From a virus, in IMG/VR virus record IMGVR_UViG_3300021448_000142: a stretch of DNA of 64,000 bases; one strand, 5' to 3'. The notes under the pieces were generated by a model. The model was not told where the DNA came from and searched no databases. It worked only from the letters and a program-made list of their open reading frames with translations. Positions 9,577-20,062 of the stretch are shown here, one piece after another. Made by a program: the position numbers and the translations under genes. How positions within the stretch are numbered: the stretch's first letter is position 1; each line of letters starts with the position of its first letter.

Positions 9577-11211
9577 GTGAATTCAACAGCAACAAATATT
9601 TGGCCCGCTGACCATTTCCGAGAGAAACAACATGGGACATTAAACGCCTGTCTCAATGCATTAGATAATGGATACAAAAATATCGTACTGGATGCACCTG
9701 TGGGTAGTGGGAAGTCCGTTATTATAACGGCCCTGTTGAGATATGCAGATAATGGGTGGTTTACGACCCCACAAAAATCTCTCCGGGAACAGGTTCAGAA
9801 TGACCCAATACTGGAGCCATTTGTAGAAAATTTGCGAGCGCGGCGGGACTATCATTGTACTATTGACAATACGAACTGCAAAGACTGTTCTATATATAAA
9901 TCTGAAGATGGTTCCTGTGCAGAACAGGGATGTAATTATTGGAGGCGGAAACAGGCTGTAATGAATTCTAATATTTCTGTTATTACATTTTCCATGCTTA
10001 TCGTTGATGGGCTAATACCAGAACACATTAACGATATGAAAGTTTCGTTTGGAAACCGAGATATGGTTGCTGTGGATGAGGCACACGGGCTTGTACAACA
10101 AACGAGAGAAATGCACGCGGGGTTTGATATTAATCCACACGGAATGCCACGTCCGATTTTTGATGGTGGAGTGACCGATTCTGTTTCGTGGGATGCAAAC
10201 CGATATGGAGAAGTTAAAAAACCAGTCAATACGGTTCTTCAACGGTGCCTTGATTATGTTCGTGATATTCCAGAAATCGAAATGAGTCCACAGGAAAAAC
10301 GATGCTACCGTCTTGCTGAAAAAATCAAGCGAGTAAATAAAGAGATTGAAAACGGATTTCCGTGGGTTGTTAATGTTGAGGGCAAGAAATATAAAGGGAA
10401 TTATGCAAAGATAATTCAAATTCGTCCGATAAATGTTTCCGGGTTTTTGAAAAACTTCGTTTGGAATCGCGCTGATAAACGCATTGTTTCAACAGCTACA
10501 CTCCGGTATCGAGATAAACCAGACATTTGGTTACAGCAAGTTGGACTTGACCCCAAAAAGACGAAAGTAATTAGTGTTGGTATGACATTCCCGCCGGAAA
10601 ACCGACCGGTTATACTCAACAAGGCGGTTGGTTCGATGAGTAATGGCGGCTGTGACAAATATTGGGACGAAATACTATCAGAAATGAATAGTATTGCTAA
10701 AATGTACTGTGGGAAGCGTGGGATTTGTCATACTGTGAGTTATGACCGAGCGGAGAAAGTACAGAATACGATTACAGAAGAAGAACATCCATATCTCCAC
10801 GACAATATTTTTGTGCATAAACAACAGAAAGACGCTGATGTTGCCCTTGAAAACTGGTTGGCGAGTGATTATGATATGATATTGAGTCCGAGTATGATGG
10901 AAGGTGTAGATTTAGATGGTGATAAAGGCCGGTATAATATCCTGATGAAAGTCCCATATCCTGCTCGTGATGCAGTGACAGAATATTTGCTCGATGAGAA
11001 AAGTTATGGATGGCATGATTACTTTGACCGCGCCGCTGTTCGCGTTGCTCAGGCATATGGTCGGACAATAAGAAGTGAAAGCGATTTTTCAGATTTCTAT
11101 GTGTTAGATGAAGATTATTATAAACTAAAGGAAAAAGCGCAGTTTCCAGAATGGCTTACAGAAGCAGAGGGATACGCCCCTGCCAGCACACGGAGTTTAT
11201 TTGATTATTGA
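9577..11211 (+). CDS. XPD/Rad3/DinG-family SF2 helicase
   Basis: DAPVGSGKS, Cys cluster, VDEAH, SAT, EGVD, QAYGRTIRSESD motifs. Confidence 0.88.
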   Translation: MNSTATNIWPADHFREKQHGTLNACLNALDNGYKNIVLDAPVGSGKSVIITALLRYADNGWFTTPQKSLREQVQNDPILEPFVENLRARRDYHCTIDNTNCKDCSIYKSEDGSCAEQGCNYWRRKQAVMNSNISVITFSMLIVDGLIPEHINDMKVSFGNRDMVAVDEAHGLVQQTREMHAGFDINPHGMPRPIFDGGVTDSVSWDANRYGEVKKPVNTVLQRCLDYVRDIPEIEMSPQEKRCYRLAEKIKRVNKEIENGFPWVVNVEGKKYKGNYAKIIQIRPINVSGFLKNFVWNRADKRIVSTATLRYRDKPDIWLQQVGLDPKKTKVISVGMTFPPENRPVILNKAVGSMSNGGCDKYWDEILSEMNSIAKMYCGKRGICHTVSYDRAEKVQNTITEEEHPYLHDNIFVHKQQKDADVALENWLASDYDMILSPSMMEGVDLDGDKGRYNILMKVPYPARDAVTEYLLDEKSYGWHDYFDRAAVRVAQAYGRTIRSESDFSDFYVLDEDYYKLKEKAQFPEWLTEAEGYAPASTRSLFDY

Positions 11212-11402
11212 TGAATGCTCCACAGTGTAAGAATTGTCGAACAGAAATTGAGTCTGACGAAAGAATTTGTTTATCGTGCGGTTGTCCCCAATGGTATGAA
11301 TGCGACTATTGTGGTTTGACCGCTTCTACTTTGGGAACAATCGCACAACACATGACTTATTGTGAAGAAAAAGAACCAGAAAGGGGACTATTCGACTATT
11401 AA
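11208..11402 (+). CDS. Small double zinc-finger protein
   Basis: CKNC, CLSCGC, CDYCG...H...C; ends in ERGLFDY. Confidence 0.7.
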   Translation: MMNAPQCKNCRTEIESDERICLSCGCPQWYECDYCGLTASTLGTIAQHMTYCEEKEPERGLFDY

Positions 11403-11418
11403 CGAAAGATTTTTATAT
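11403..11418 (+). promoter_or_regulatory. Archaeal BRE/TATA promoter
   Basis: CGAAA(GA)TTTTTATAT about 25 nt before ATG 11439. Confidence 0.6.
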
Positions 11419-11438
11419 TTTCTCTGTGAAATTAAACC

Positions 11439-11633
11439 ATGATTGCTGTGCTTGTTGAAATCGGTTTGGCTTTTTTGTTTGGAACAGGATTCACTCTTGC
11501 TCTTTTGGGTTTAAATCTTTTCTATAAGATATTTTGGGATGCCAATGACTTTCGTTCTACGGCGCTGATAACTTCTATTGCCTTTTTCTTCTTGAGCTTG
11601 GGGGTGTCTTCTATGTATTTTGTCATTATGTGA
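11439..11633 (+). CDS. Small two-TM membrane protein
   Basis: Two long hydrophobic segments. Confidence 0.65.
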   Translation: MIAVLVEIGLAFLFGTGFTLALLGLNLFYKIFWDANDFRSTALITSIAFFFLSLGVSSMYFVIM

Positions 11634-11683
11634 GACATTCGCAAGGTTTTTATCCCTCTATTCCAAACAATGCGTTGTCCCTC

Positions 11684-13741
11684 ATGAATAGTGAAAGTGC
11701 AATTCCTACGGACTTGGATTCAATCAATGAACGGCACCGAGAAGAATCAGTAGATGGCCTGCGTGCAACGCACACGTTTGAGTGGTATCTGAATGAATTG
11801 GGCGCTGACCCGCTTATTGCTCGGAATGCACACCAACGGCTCTCAGATATGTTCCGCTTTTATGGAACGGAATATGATGAGGAACGTGGGGTTGTGGAAT
11901 ATAAAATGGCAACCGAAGACCCGCTAGATAACGGAGAAAACGTTTTTTATGGGCGAGAAGTTCATGAAGCAATCCACGACTTCGTAAATAAGGTTCATTC
12001 GGCCTCTCGTGGACTGGGGCCGGAAAAGCGTATCAAATTGCTTCTCGGCCCCGTAGGTTCCGGTAAGTCTGACTTCGACAGACAAGTCCGCCGCTACTTT
12101 GAGAATTATACCCGTTGTGATGGGGGGCGGATGTACACGTTCAGGTGGACGAATCTTTGCAATGTGATTGATGACCAAGACCCATCTGATGATACTGTTC
12201 GTTCAGCAATCAATCAAGACCCGATTGTACTTCTTCCAGAGAGCCAACGGGAAGAAATATTCGATGCATTGAATGAAGAAATTGATGCAGAATATCAAAT
12301 AGATAATCAACAGTCTCTCGACCCCCGGAGCGAATTCTTCATGCAGGAGTTGCTAGATTATTATGATAATAACCTGCGTACTGTTCTTGAAAACCACATT
12401 GAAGTCATTCGTCTGGTTGCCGATGAAAACCAACGGGAGTGCATCGAGACGTTTGAGCCAAAGGATAAGAAAAATCAGGACGAAACTGAACTTACAGGCG
12501 ATGTGAATTATTCCAAAATTGCTGTCTATGGTGAATCTGACCCACGGGCATTCGATTATTCGGGTGCATTCTGCAACGCTAACCGTGGAATATTTAGCGG
12601 CGAAGAGCTTCTGAAGCTACAGAAGGAATTTCTATATGACTTCCTCCATGCAACACAAGAACAGACTATCAAACCAAAAAACAACCCCCGGATTGATATT
12701 GACCAAGTGATTGTCGGTCGCACAAATATGCCTGAATATCAAGAAAAGTCGGGCAATGAAAAGATGGAAGCGTTCAATGACCGCACCAAGCGTGTTGATT
12801 TTCCGTATGTGCTTGAGTATTCTGAGGAATCTCAAGTATATGATAAGATGCTACGGAATTCATCTGTAGCAGAAGTTCATGTGGAGCCACACACGCTGGA
12901 AATGGCCGCGCTTTTCGGTGTTATGACTCGGTTGGATGAACCCGGCGAGCAAGACATTACCGTCTTGCAGAAATCAAAGGCGTATAATGGAGAAGATTCG
13001 GATGTTGGTGAGATTGACGTTGATAAACTTCAGGAAGAAGCGGAGCAAGAGGGAATGCATGGGATTTCGCCCCGATTCATTGGCGATGAGATAGCGGAAT
13101 CTATTGTTGCTCAACTGCATGATGATTCCAATTCCCTCTCGCCCCTTGCGGTATTTGACCATCTAGAGAAGAATTTAGAGAATCATGGTTCGATAGATTC
13201 CGACCGCTATCCAACGTATCACCGCTATCTTGAAATGGTCCAAGACGAATATGAAGAACGGGCCATTGAGGATGTTCGTCACGCCCTCGCCTACAACACT
13301 GATGAAATTGAACGGCAGGGCGAAAAGTACATGGACAATGTGATGGCGTACATTGAAGATGATACCATTGAAGATGAAGTGACAGGAGAACAGGTTGAAC
13401 CGGACGAACAGTTTATGCGAAGTGTGGAAGAACAGTTGGAAATCACCCGAGACAGAAAGAATAGTTTCAGGCAGGAAATATCCAATTGGGTTAGTCGGAA
13501 AGCCCGGCGGGGGGAGAGCTTCAAGCCACAAGACAATGAGCGACTGCTTCGTGCATTGGAGCGAAAGCTGTGGGAAGACAAGCGCCATAGCATTAACTTC
13601 AGTGCCTTGATTCGGGACAGCGATGATGGGGACCAAAGCGAGTGGGTTGACTCTCTCGTTGACCGTGGTTATTCTGAAGAAGGAGCAAAAGAGGTGCTGG
13701 AATTCGCGGGTGCAATCGTCGCTAAGGAAGAAATGGAATAA
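11684..13741 (+). CDS. prkA: PrkA/YeaG-family AAA+ protein (copy 1)
   Basis: LLGPVGSGKS, KDKKNQDETELTG, DPRAFDYSGAF..ANRG, EELLKL, GISPRF motifs; likely start ATG 11684. Confidence 0.93.
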   Translation: MNSESAIPTDLDSINERHREESVDGLRATHTFEWYLNELGADPLIARNAHQRLSDMFRFYGTEYDEERGVVEYKMATEDPLDNGENVFYGREVHEAIHDFVNKVHSASRGLGPEKRIKLLLGPVGSGKSDFDRQVRRYFENYTRCDGGRMYTFRWTNLCNVIDDQDPSDDTVRSAINQDPIVLLPESQREEIFDALNEEIDAEYQIDNQQSLDPRSEFFMQELLDYYDNNLRTVLENHIEVIRLVADENQRECIETFEPKDKKNQDETELTGDVNYSKIAVYGESDPRAFDYSGAFCNANRGIFSGEELLKLQKEFLYDFLHATQEQTIKPKNNPRIDIDQVIVGRTNMPEYQEKSGNEKMEAFNDRTKRVDFPYVLEYSEESQVYDKMLRNSSVAEVHVEPHTLEMAALFGVMTRLDEPGEQDITVLQKSKAYNGEDSDVGEIDVDKLQEEAEQEGMHGISPRFIGDEIAESIVAQLHDDSNSLSPLAVFDHLEKNLENHGSIDSDRYPTYHRYLEMVQDEYEERAIEDVRHALAYNTDEIERQGEKYMDNVMAYIEDDTIEDEVTGEQVEPDEQFMRSVEEQLEITRDRKNSFRQEISNWVSRKARRGESFKPQDNERLLRALERKLWEDKRHSINFSALIRDSDDGDQSEWVDSLVDRGYSEEGAKEVLEFAGAIVAKEEME

Positions 13742-13742
13742 A

Positions 13743-15893
13743 ATGACAACACAAGAATATATTGAAAGCGCTGACGATGAATTGGCGCTTATCGAGTCGG
13801 ATGCATTGACATTAGATGAATATATCGAGATTGTGCAGAATCAGCCGAGTATTGCATCTCACTCGGTCAAATATATTCTTGAAGCAATAGAATATTATGG
13901 GACTCGGACGGTTTTTGAAGATGGCAAAGAAAAGGAGCGGTATGTGTTCTTCGATGACCCACATGGAAATGCAGAACATGCCATTCTCGGAAACACTGAT
14001 GTGCTGAATGATTTCGTCAATGAATTGCGCCGAATGGCATCAGACAGTGGCAAAAACGAGCGGATAATTTGGTTCTGTGGTCCGACAGCATCGGGAAAGT
14101 CTGAGTTGAAGCGTTGCCTCATTAGTGGCATTGGGGGATATGCACAAACCGAAGAAGGGAGTCGTTATACGTTAGAATGGAGTCTGGATTCGCTGATGAC
14201 TGGTGGAATGACCTATGGGGAGAATTCTACAGATAAGACGTGGTACAAGAGTCCTATCAATATTCATCCTCTGTCTGTCTTTCCCGAAGAGACACGGAGA
14301 GAAGTATTAAATGATATTAATGAAAGTGAAGCCGTCCCAGTTGACGTACAGACAGATATTGACCCATTCAGCCAAGAAGCATTTGAAACACTTTCAGAGG
14401 AATATGATTCATTCAAAGATATTGTATCCTCCGACCACCTCCGGGTAAAAAAGTACATTCCGGAAGTCGGAGACGGTATTGGTGTTCTGCATGCAGAAGA
14501 CGTTGGTAAGCCAAAAGAGAAGTTAATTGGGGGGTGGATGGAAGGAGCGATGGACAATTTTGAATCTCGTGGCCGGAAAAATGCACAGGCATTCTCCTAT
14601 GATGGTGTGTTGTGTCAAGGAAACAGTGGTATTAGTATTATTGAAGACGCGGGGCATCATTCTAACGTGCTGGATAAAATGATGAATGTGTGCGAAGAAA
14701 AAATGATGAAGTTGGACAACAAGATTGCGATGGACTTGGATACACTGTTATTTATTATTTCCAATCCCGATTTGGAAGAGCAACTATCGCAACATTCTGA
14801 TGCTGGACAAGCAGACCCATTGCGGGCGCTTCGACGGCGATTAGACCAGTACGACTTAAATTATCTTACAACTCTTTCGTTGGAAGTTATGTTGATTCGT
14901 CGGTTATTGATGGATTCAAATGAAATGTGGTATGGCGGAGAAGACCGTATGGAGAAAGTCAGAGAGCCATTGGAAATCAACGGGACCGAAATAGCACCGC
15001 ACGTCCTTGAAGCCGTGGGTGTCTATGAGATATCAACCCGTCTTTGCAGTGTCTCATCCAGTATCGACCCCGTTAGTAAGGTAATGTTGTTTGAGCTTGG
15101 TGAATTTGAAAATGAGGAAGGAGAGACGTATAATATCGAACAAATTGATGTTGATGTTCGTTTGGATGGTGACTCGGGTATTCCTGTGACCTATTCTATT
15201 GATGTTATTGTGGATATGGTTCAGGAAAATGATGTTATTTTGCCCGAAGATATGCTGGATGCTTTAGAAGATAATTTAGGCAATGATGCTCTCTTTGTCT
15301 CTGGAGAAATATCACACTTTGCTAACATGGCCTTTGATGTGAAAAAATACATTCTATCAGAACAGGCAGATGATGTTCTCGACGCGATGGTTGGTGATAT
15401 TGAAGTGTCTGAAGAAGACGTACAGGAGTACGTTGATGGAATTTATGCGTGGCAAGACAATGATGAAGAAGAGTTTGACAGTTTCGAGTTGATGGAATTT
15501 GAGACGCGGTATCTCGGCGTTGACAGAGATGAATATGGTGAAAAGGCCACGCCTAGTCCCTATGTGCAAGAATTTCGTGACAACATAGTTTATCCGATAA
15601 ATCAATATTATTGGAATGAACGCGATGAAGGCTTTGAGGTTGATGATGTTCCACTCTCGCAATCCCCAAATCTCCGGCCACTTTTGCAAGAAAATGATTG
15701 GAGTACAGTCAGACGGGTATATCCCGATGTGGACTTTGCACAATGGCGTGACCCACCATCAGATACAGAGACAGAAGAACTAAAGGAAAAAACAATCCGC
15801 CGGATGCAAGAGAACATGGATTACTCGGAGCAATCGGCAGAAACCGCAAGTATCAAAGTGATTGAGACAGTAGCAATGGAGGTAGAAATCTAA
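13743..15893 (+). CDS. prkA: PrkA/YeaG-family AAA+ protein (copy 2, divergent)
   Basis: FFDDP, GPTASGKSELKR, AFSYDGVL.QGN.G, NPD motifs; ATG at 13743. Confidence 0.88.
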   Translation: MTTQEYIESADDELALIESDALTLDEYIEIVQNQPSIASHSVKYILEAIEYYGTRTVFEDGKEKERYVFFDDPHGNAEHAILGNTDVLNDFVNELRRMASDSGKNERIIWFCGPTASGKSELKRCLISGIGGYAQTEEGSRYTLEWSLDSLMTGGMTYGENSTDKTWYKSPINIHPLSVFPEETRREVLNDINESEAVPVDVQTDIDPFSQEAFETLSEEYDSFKDIVSSDHLRVKKYIPEVGDGIGVLHAEDVGKPKEKLIGGWMEGAMDNFESRGRKNAQAFSYDGVLCQGNSGISIIEDAGHHSNVLDKMMNVCEEKMMKLDNKIAMDLDTLLFIISNPDLEEQLSQHSDAGQADPLRALRRRLDQYDLNYLTTLSLEVMLIRRLLMDSNEMWYGGEDRMEKVREPLEINGTEIAPHVLEAVGVYEISTRLCSVSSSIDPVSKVMLFELGEFENEEGETYNIEQIDVDVRLDGDSGIPVTYSIDVIVDMVQENDVILPEDMLDALEDNLGNDALFVSGEISHFANMAFDVKKYILSEQADDVLDAMVGDIEVSEEDVQEYVDGIYAWQDNDEEEFDSFELMEFETRYLGVDRDEYGEKATPSPYVQEFRDNIVYPINQYYWNERDEGFEVDDVPLSQSPNLRPLLQENDWSTVRRVYPDVDFAQWRDPPSDTETEELKEKTIRRMQENMDYSEQSAETASIKVIETVAMEVEI

Positions 15894-17167
15894 TGGGACT
15901 TGAAGAAGACTTAGACAGATTCCGAGACGTGGGTGAACAGAACCGCGAAGACTTAACTGAATTCATCAGTCACGGAAATATCGATGCAGGAGACGGAATA
16001 AAAATCCCCATCAAAATCATTGAACTTCCTGAATTCGAGTATGACCAGTACGATGCCGGTGGAGTTGGACAGGGCAAAGGTGATATTGGAAAGCCCGTTG
16101 ATATGCCCGATGGACAAGAGGGTGAACCCGGAGAAGAAGGTGGCGAACATGGTCATTATGAGATGGACCCGGAAGAATTTGCTGAAGAATTAGACAATGA
16201 ATTGGGACTCGATTTGGAACCCAAAGGAAAGACAGTCAAAGAGACGACAGAGGGCGCTCTAGTAGACTTAGTTCGTTCTGGTCCTGATTCAACGTTGGAC
16301 TTTGAAACGATGTATAAGAAGGGACTGAAGCGGAGTCTCACTATGTATTTCGATGAAGAATATATGCGAGAAGTGTTGAAGGTGCAAGGAATGAACCCCG
16401 AAACAGTTTTTCAGTGGGCGCGAGATAATAATATTCCCGTTTCACAGGGATGGATTGAACGAGAATATGAACAGATTTCTCCGTGCAAACTATCGGCGTA
16501 TGATTCATTAGAAGATATTGATAGAGAGTATCAACATACTCCGTCTGCCAAAGATATTGATAGCGTTCCACTCCGCAATGAAGACAAGCGCCATAAGTAT
16601 CCTGAAATAACGAAAGAATATGAGAAGAATGCTGTTATATTCTTCATCCGTGATGTTTCGGGGAGTATGGGGAAACATACGCGCGATTTAGTTGAGCGGA
16701 TATTTACACCGCTCGATTGGTATTTGACTGGTAAGTATGACAATGCCGAATTTCGGTATATTGCACACGACGCTGAGGCGTGGGAAGTTGAAAGACAAGA
16801 ATTCTTTGGCATTAAATCGGGTGGTGGAACCCGCATTTCGAGTGCTTATGAGTTGGCCCAAGAAAGACTAAAGGCAGAGTATCCGTGGGAAGAATGGAAT
16901 CGCTATGTTTTCGCGGCTGGCGACGGCGAGAATTGGCCGGACGATACAAAAATTCAAGTTGTGCCACTTATGAAAGAAATTAACGCCAACCTTCATGCCT
17001 ATTTGCAGGTGAACAAATCCGATTCATTGCTTGGCAAAGGCGAACATGGACAAATCATAGATGATGAACTGGCGGGCCGTGAGAATGTTGCTGTAGCGTT
17101 TGCTGAAACGGAAGATGATGTAATGAAATGCATTTATTCTATTTTGGCAACGGAGGATTCACAATGA
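15893..17167 (+). CDS. yeaH: YeaH/YhbH (DUF444) vWA-domain protein
   Basis: IKIPIK...PEFEY, GVGQG, DVSGSM, SGGGTRISSAY, WNRYVF.AGDGENW; position after prkA. Confidence 0.92.
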   Translation: MGLEEDLDRFRDVGEQNREDLTEFISHGNIDAGDGIKIPIKIIELPEFEYDQYDAGGVGQGKGDIGKPVDMPDGQEGEPGEEGGEHGHYEMDPEEFAEELDNELGLDLEPKGKTVKETTEGALVDLVRSGPDSTLDFETMYKKGLKRSLTMYFDEEYMREVLKVQGMNPETVFQWARDNNIPVSQGWIEREYEQISPCKLSAYDSLEDIDREYQHTPSAKDIDSVPLRNEDKRHKYPEITKEYEKNAVIFFIRDVSGSMGKHTRDLVERIFTPLDWYLTGKYDNAEFRYIAHDAEAWEVERQEFFGIKSGGGTRISSAYELAQERLKAEYPWEEWNRYVFAAGDGENWPDDTKIQVVPLMKEINANLHAYLQVNKSDSLLGKGEHGQIIDDELAGRENVAVAFAETEDDVMKCIYSILATEDSQ

Positions 17168-19008
17168 TTAGAGAGCGAGAACACCGCAAAGACGAAATCG
17201 CAGATGAGTTACAGCCAATTGTAGAAGAAGCACAAAAACGTATAGAAGAATTGGGACTTAGCCCCCGGCCAGTCCGGTATTGGATTAATCACAACGATGA
17301 AGTAAATCAACTTGCCGCATATGGTGGATTTCAGAAGCGGTATCCACATTGGAGATGGGGGATGAAGTATGATAAGCAACGTAAGCAGGGCGAATATCAA
17401 GGTGGAAAAATATTCGAGATGGTTGTGAATAATGACCCTTGTCATGCGTATTTGCAAATGTCCAACGATGATGTAGACCAGAAGGCAGTAATTACACACG
17501 TTGAAGCACATTCAGATTTCTTTGCGAATAACAAATGGTTCCAAGATAGTCCACAAGCAGTTGAGATGTTATCTCGCCATGCAGAAAAAATCCGCTCGTA
17601 TATGGAAGACCCCGATATTGACCGGGAAGCAGTTGAAAAATGGATAGATAATATTCTCTGCCTGCAAGATACCATTGACCAGTATTCGGAGTATGTATTT
17701 CGGCAGAAAGTTGATGAAACGAGTAACAATGACAAGAGTACAGAAAGAACATTAGAAAATCTGAATATTGATGAAGAGATTGAAGATGCCGTCTTTGAAG
17801 ATGATTTCTTTGAAGAGCCACAAGAATTGGAGTATATTGTTGATACAACAATTGATGATATATTGGGATTTTTGATTAGTGAAGGAAAGCAGTATAATGA
17901 AAAGCGCGGAGAAGCAGTTGAATATGAGGAATGGCAAATTGACATTCTCGATATACTTCGTGAAGAAGCGTACTACTTCGCCCCACAGAAGATGACAAAG
18001 ATAATGAACGAAGGGTTTTCGTCTTATATCGAGAGCTTGATAATGACTGATGAGGTGTTTGCTGAAACAGAAGAAATTGTTGATTATGCAGACCAGCACT
18101 CAAAAGTCATTCAGTCGCGGGGCATTAATCCCTACCGGCTGGGAAAAGCACTGTGGGAACACGTTGAAAATACGGTCAATCGTCGAGAGGTTGTTGATAA
18201 GTTACTCCGTATCGACGGCATTACGCCTAACAACTTCCATCGAGAAATTGATTTTGAGTTTGTTTTTGAGGTGTTGTATGCGGGCAAAGACGATAGTGAT
18301 GTAATTGAACGGAATTATTCACTCACTCGCCCCCACAATAAGGGATTTATTCAGGATATATCGGTTAGTGAGTTGCAGAAAATGAACCGGTATATTGTTG
18401 AACAGGATAGGTACACGTCGTCAGAAGAAGCGTTAGTTGATGTAGACTTCCATAAGGGCTGGGAAGAAATAAAAGAAATCCGCGAAACGCATAATGACGT
18501 GATGTTTATTGACGAATTCTTAACGCAAGAATTTGTTGATGCTGAAGATTACTTTACATATGAATATCGGATTGCTGACGAAGAAAATCAAATTGCAAGT
18601 CGTGACGTAGAAGATGTAAAAAAGAAGCTCCTGCTTCAGTTAACAAACTTCGGAAAACCAAAAGTAGAAGTGGTGACGGGCAACTGGAATAATGCTGGTG
18701 AATTGTTGTTACTTCACCGGTATAATGGCGTTGTAATGGAATATAATAAAATACATTCCGTACTCGAACGGATGTATGAAATGTGGGGACGGCCAGTTAA
18801 CCTTGCAACCGTTGGCAAAGATATTGCAGATGAAGAACTCGATTATGCGTATACGGAAGGAGTCGAACCATTACCGGAAGAAATTCCAGTAATTATTACG
18901 TATGATGGCGAATCAATTGATGAAAAGCGGGTAAAAAATTCGCGCTTGAAAGGAGAATTGCAAGCTGAAGAGATAGATTATGATACAAAACCAGAATCTT
19001 GGCTGTGA
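17164..19008 (+). CDS. spoVR: SpoVR/YcgB family protein
   Basis: RYPHWRWG, IFEMVVNNDPC.AYL, HVEAHSDFF.NN, YF.PQ..TKIMNEG, NPY.LG motifs; ATG at 17164. Confidence 0.95.
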   Translation: MIREREHRKDEIADELQPIVEEAQKRIEELGLSPRPVRYWINHNDEVNQLAAYGGFQKRYPHWRWGMKYDKQRKQGEYQGGKIFEMVVNNDPCHAYLQMSNDDVDQKAVITHVEAHSDFFANNKWFQDSPQAVEMLSRHAEKIRSYMEDPDIDREAVEKWIDNILCLQDTIDQYSEYVFRQKVDETSNNDKSTERTLENLNIDEEIEDAVFEDDFFEEPQELEYIVDTTIDDILGFLISEGKQYNEKRGEAVEYEEWQIDILDILREEAYYFAPQKMTKIMNEGFSSYIESLIMTDEVFAETEEIVDYADQHSKVIQSRGINPYRLGKALWEHVENTVNRREVVDKLLRIDGITPNNFHREIDFEFVFEVLYAGKDDSDVIERNYSLTRPHNKGFIQDISVSELQKMNRYIVEQDRYTSSEEALVDVDFHKGWEEIKEIRETHNDVMFIDEFLTQEFVDAEDYFTYEYRIADEENQIASRDVEDVKKKLLLQLTNFGKPKVEVVTGNWNNAGELLLLHRYNGVVMEYNKIHSVLERMYEMWGRPVNLATVGKDIADEELDYAYTEGVEPLPEEIPVIITYDGESIDEKRVKNSRLKGELQAEEIDYDTKPESWL

Positions 19009-19013
19009 TAATA

Positions 19014-19217
19014 ATGGTGAACATATTCCCCGAAAGCGAAGAACAGTTTACGAAAGCAGAAGTCCGTGAATTGATGAAAGAAGCGTATATGGAAGGATAT
19101 GCATTGGGCGAAGATGTTGAAGAATTGCAAAATGTAGCTATTCGTACAGCAGAAAGCCGGTTTGAGCGTTGGTATGCGTTGAATTACGAGAAGTGCGAAG
19201 AAAAAGGCCCCCTTTAG
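19014..19217 (+). CDS. Hypothetical protein
   Basis: Acidic ORF following spoVR. Confidence 0.6.
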   Translation: MVNIFPESEEQFTKAEVRELMKEAYMEGYALGEDVEELQNVAIRTAESRFERWYALNYEKCEEKGPL

Positions 19218-19281
19218 GGCGGGGGAGGATGTCAAGAGAAATAACGAAACTCTTTTTATTGTTTGTTTCTATTTATTTTCT

Positions 19282-19644
19282 ATGGAGCCTGAAGAAGCAG
19301 TTGAATACTGTCAAACAGACCCAAATCTGGAAAAGTTTGAAAAAGAATTCTCTGTTGGATTTACAAAGGACAGTGACAAAGCCCGAATTCATAGTTCAAT
19401 TGCAAGTCAAATTCGAGGAGCGTTAGTTCATACTGATATTGACATTGAGCGGTTGACTGTGTTTAACAAAGATGAAAAGAAATACTTAGAAATTTCATTA
19501 GAAGATTTCGATGGGCAGGGCGCTATTGTTGGATTTGTTGGAGAAGTCCCTATTGAATCATTGAAAATAAATGGAAATCCCCGAAAGAATTTGAGTTATG
19601 CACAAATCATTTCTAATCAGCAAAAAGTGAATATTGATGATTGA
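19282..19644 (+). CDS. Hypothetical protein
   Basis: Typical composition; coupled to the next ORF. Confidence 0.65.
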   Translation: MEPEEAVEYCQTDPNLEKFEKEFSVGFTKDSDKARIHSSIASQIRGALVHTDIDIERLTVFNKDEKKYLEISLEDFDGQGAIVGFVGEVPIESLKINGNPRKNLSYAQIISNQQKVNIDD

Positions 19645-19807
19645 TGAGAATGAGAAATGCGTTGAGTGCGGCGGAGTAACAGAATACCAAAATTTTCCTG
19701 GCTTCAGAGAATTAGTGTGTATTGAGTGTGGGCAATTGGTAGATAAAGAGTTAGTCGTAGAAGAAGAAACGGAATATGTTGAAGAAGATATTGAAGTCAT
19801 GGAATAG
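19637..19807 (+). CDS. Small zinc-ribbon protein (56 aa, read manually)
   Basis: CVECGG...CIECG; overlaps the upstream stop. Confidence 0.6.
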   Translation: MIDENEKCVECGGVTEYQNFPGFRELVCIECGQLVDKELVVEEETEYVEEDIEVME

Positions 19808-19851
19808 TGGTTTCGCAACACTTTTAATTATTGGTTTCCAAATAAAACTGC

Positions 19852-20055
19852 ATGGCACAAAGAGGTGAACTTGGTGATAACCTTATTCCCGAATGGCGGT
19901 TTGAATGGGAAAATGGAGTGGTCCGAACAACCGAAGAGTTGCCCGAGTGTGAAAATACTGACCAACGTCAAAAATTAATTGATTTAATGGTAGAAGAAGG
20001 CAAAGCCGATGATGAATGCGAAGTAACACTATTGAGCTACGAAATGGGGGGCTGA
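19852..20055 (+). CDS. Hypothetical protein
   Basis: Acidic ORF. Confidence 0.6.
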   Translation: MAQRGELGDNLIPEWRFEWENGVVRTTEELPECENTDQRQKLIDLMVEEGKADDECEVTLLSYEMGG

Positions 20056-20062
20056 CAGAAAT

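Noticed and set aside
11630-11683. ORF-track upstream starts (833, 7553, 7810, 11630, 13623, 17128, 28992, 44009, 49537 and others)
   Set aside because: They overlap upstream genes or hairpins; downstream ATGs fit translational coupling or the conserved 8-13 nt spacing better.
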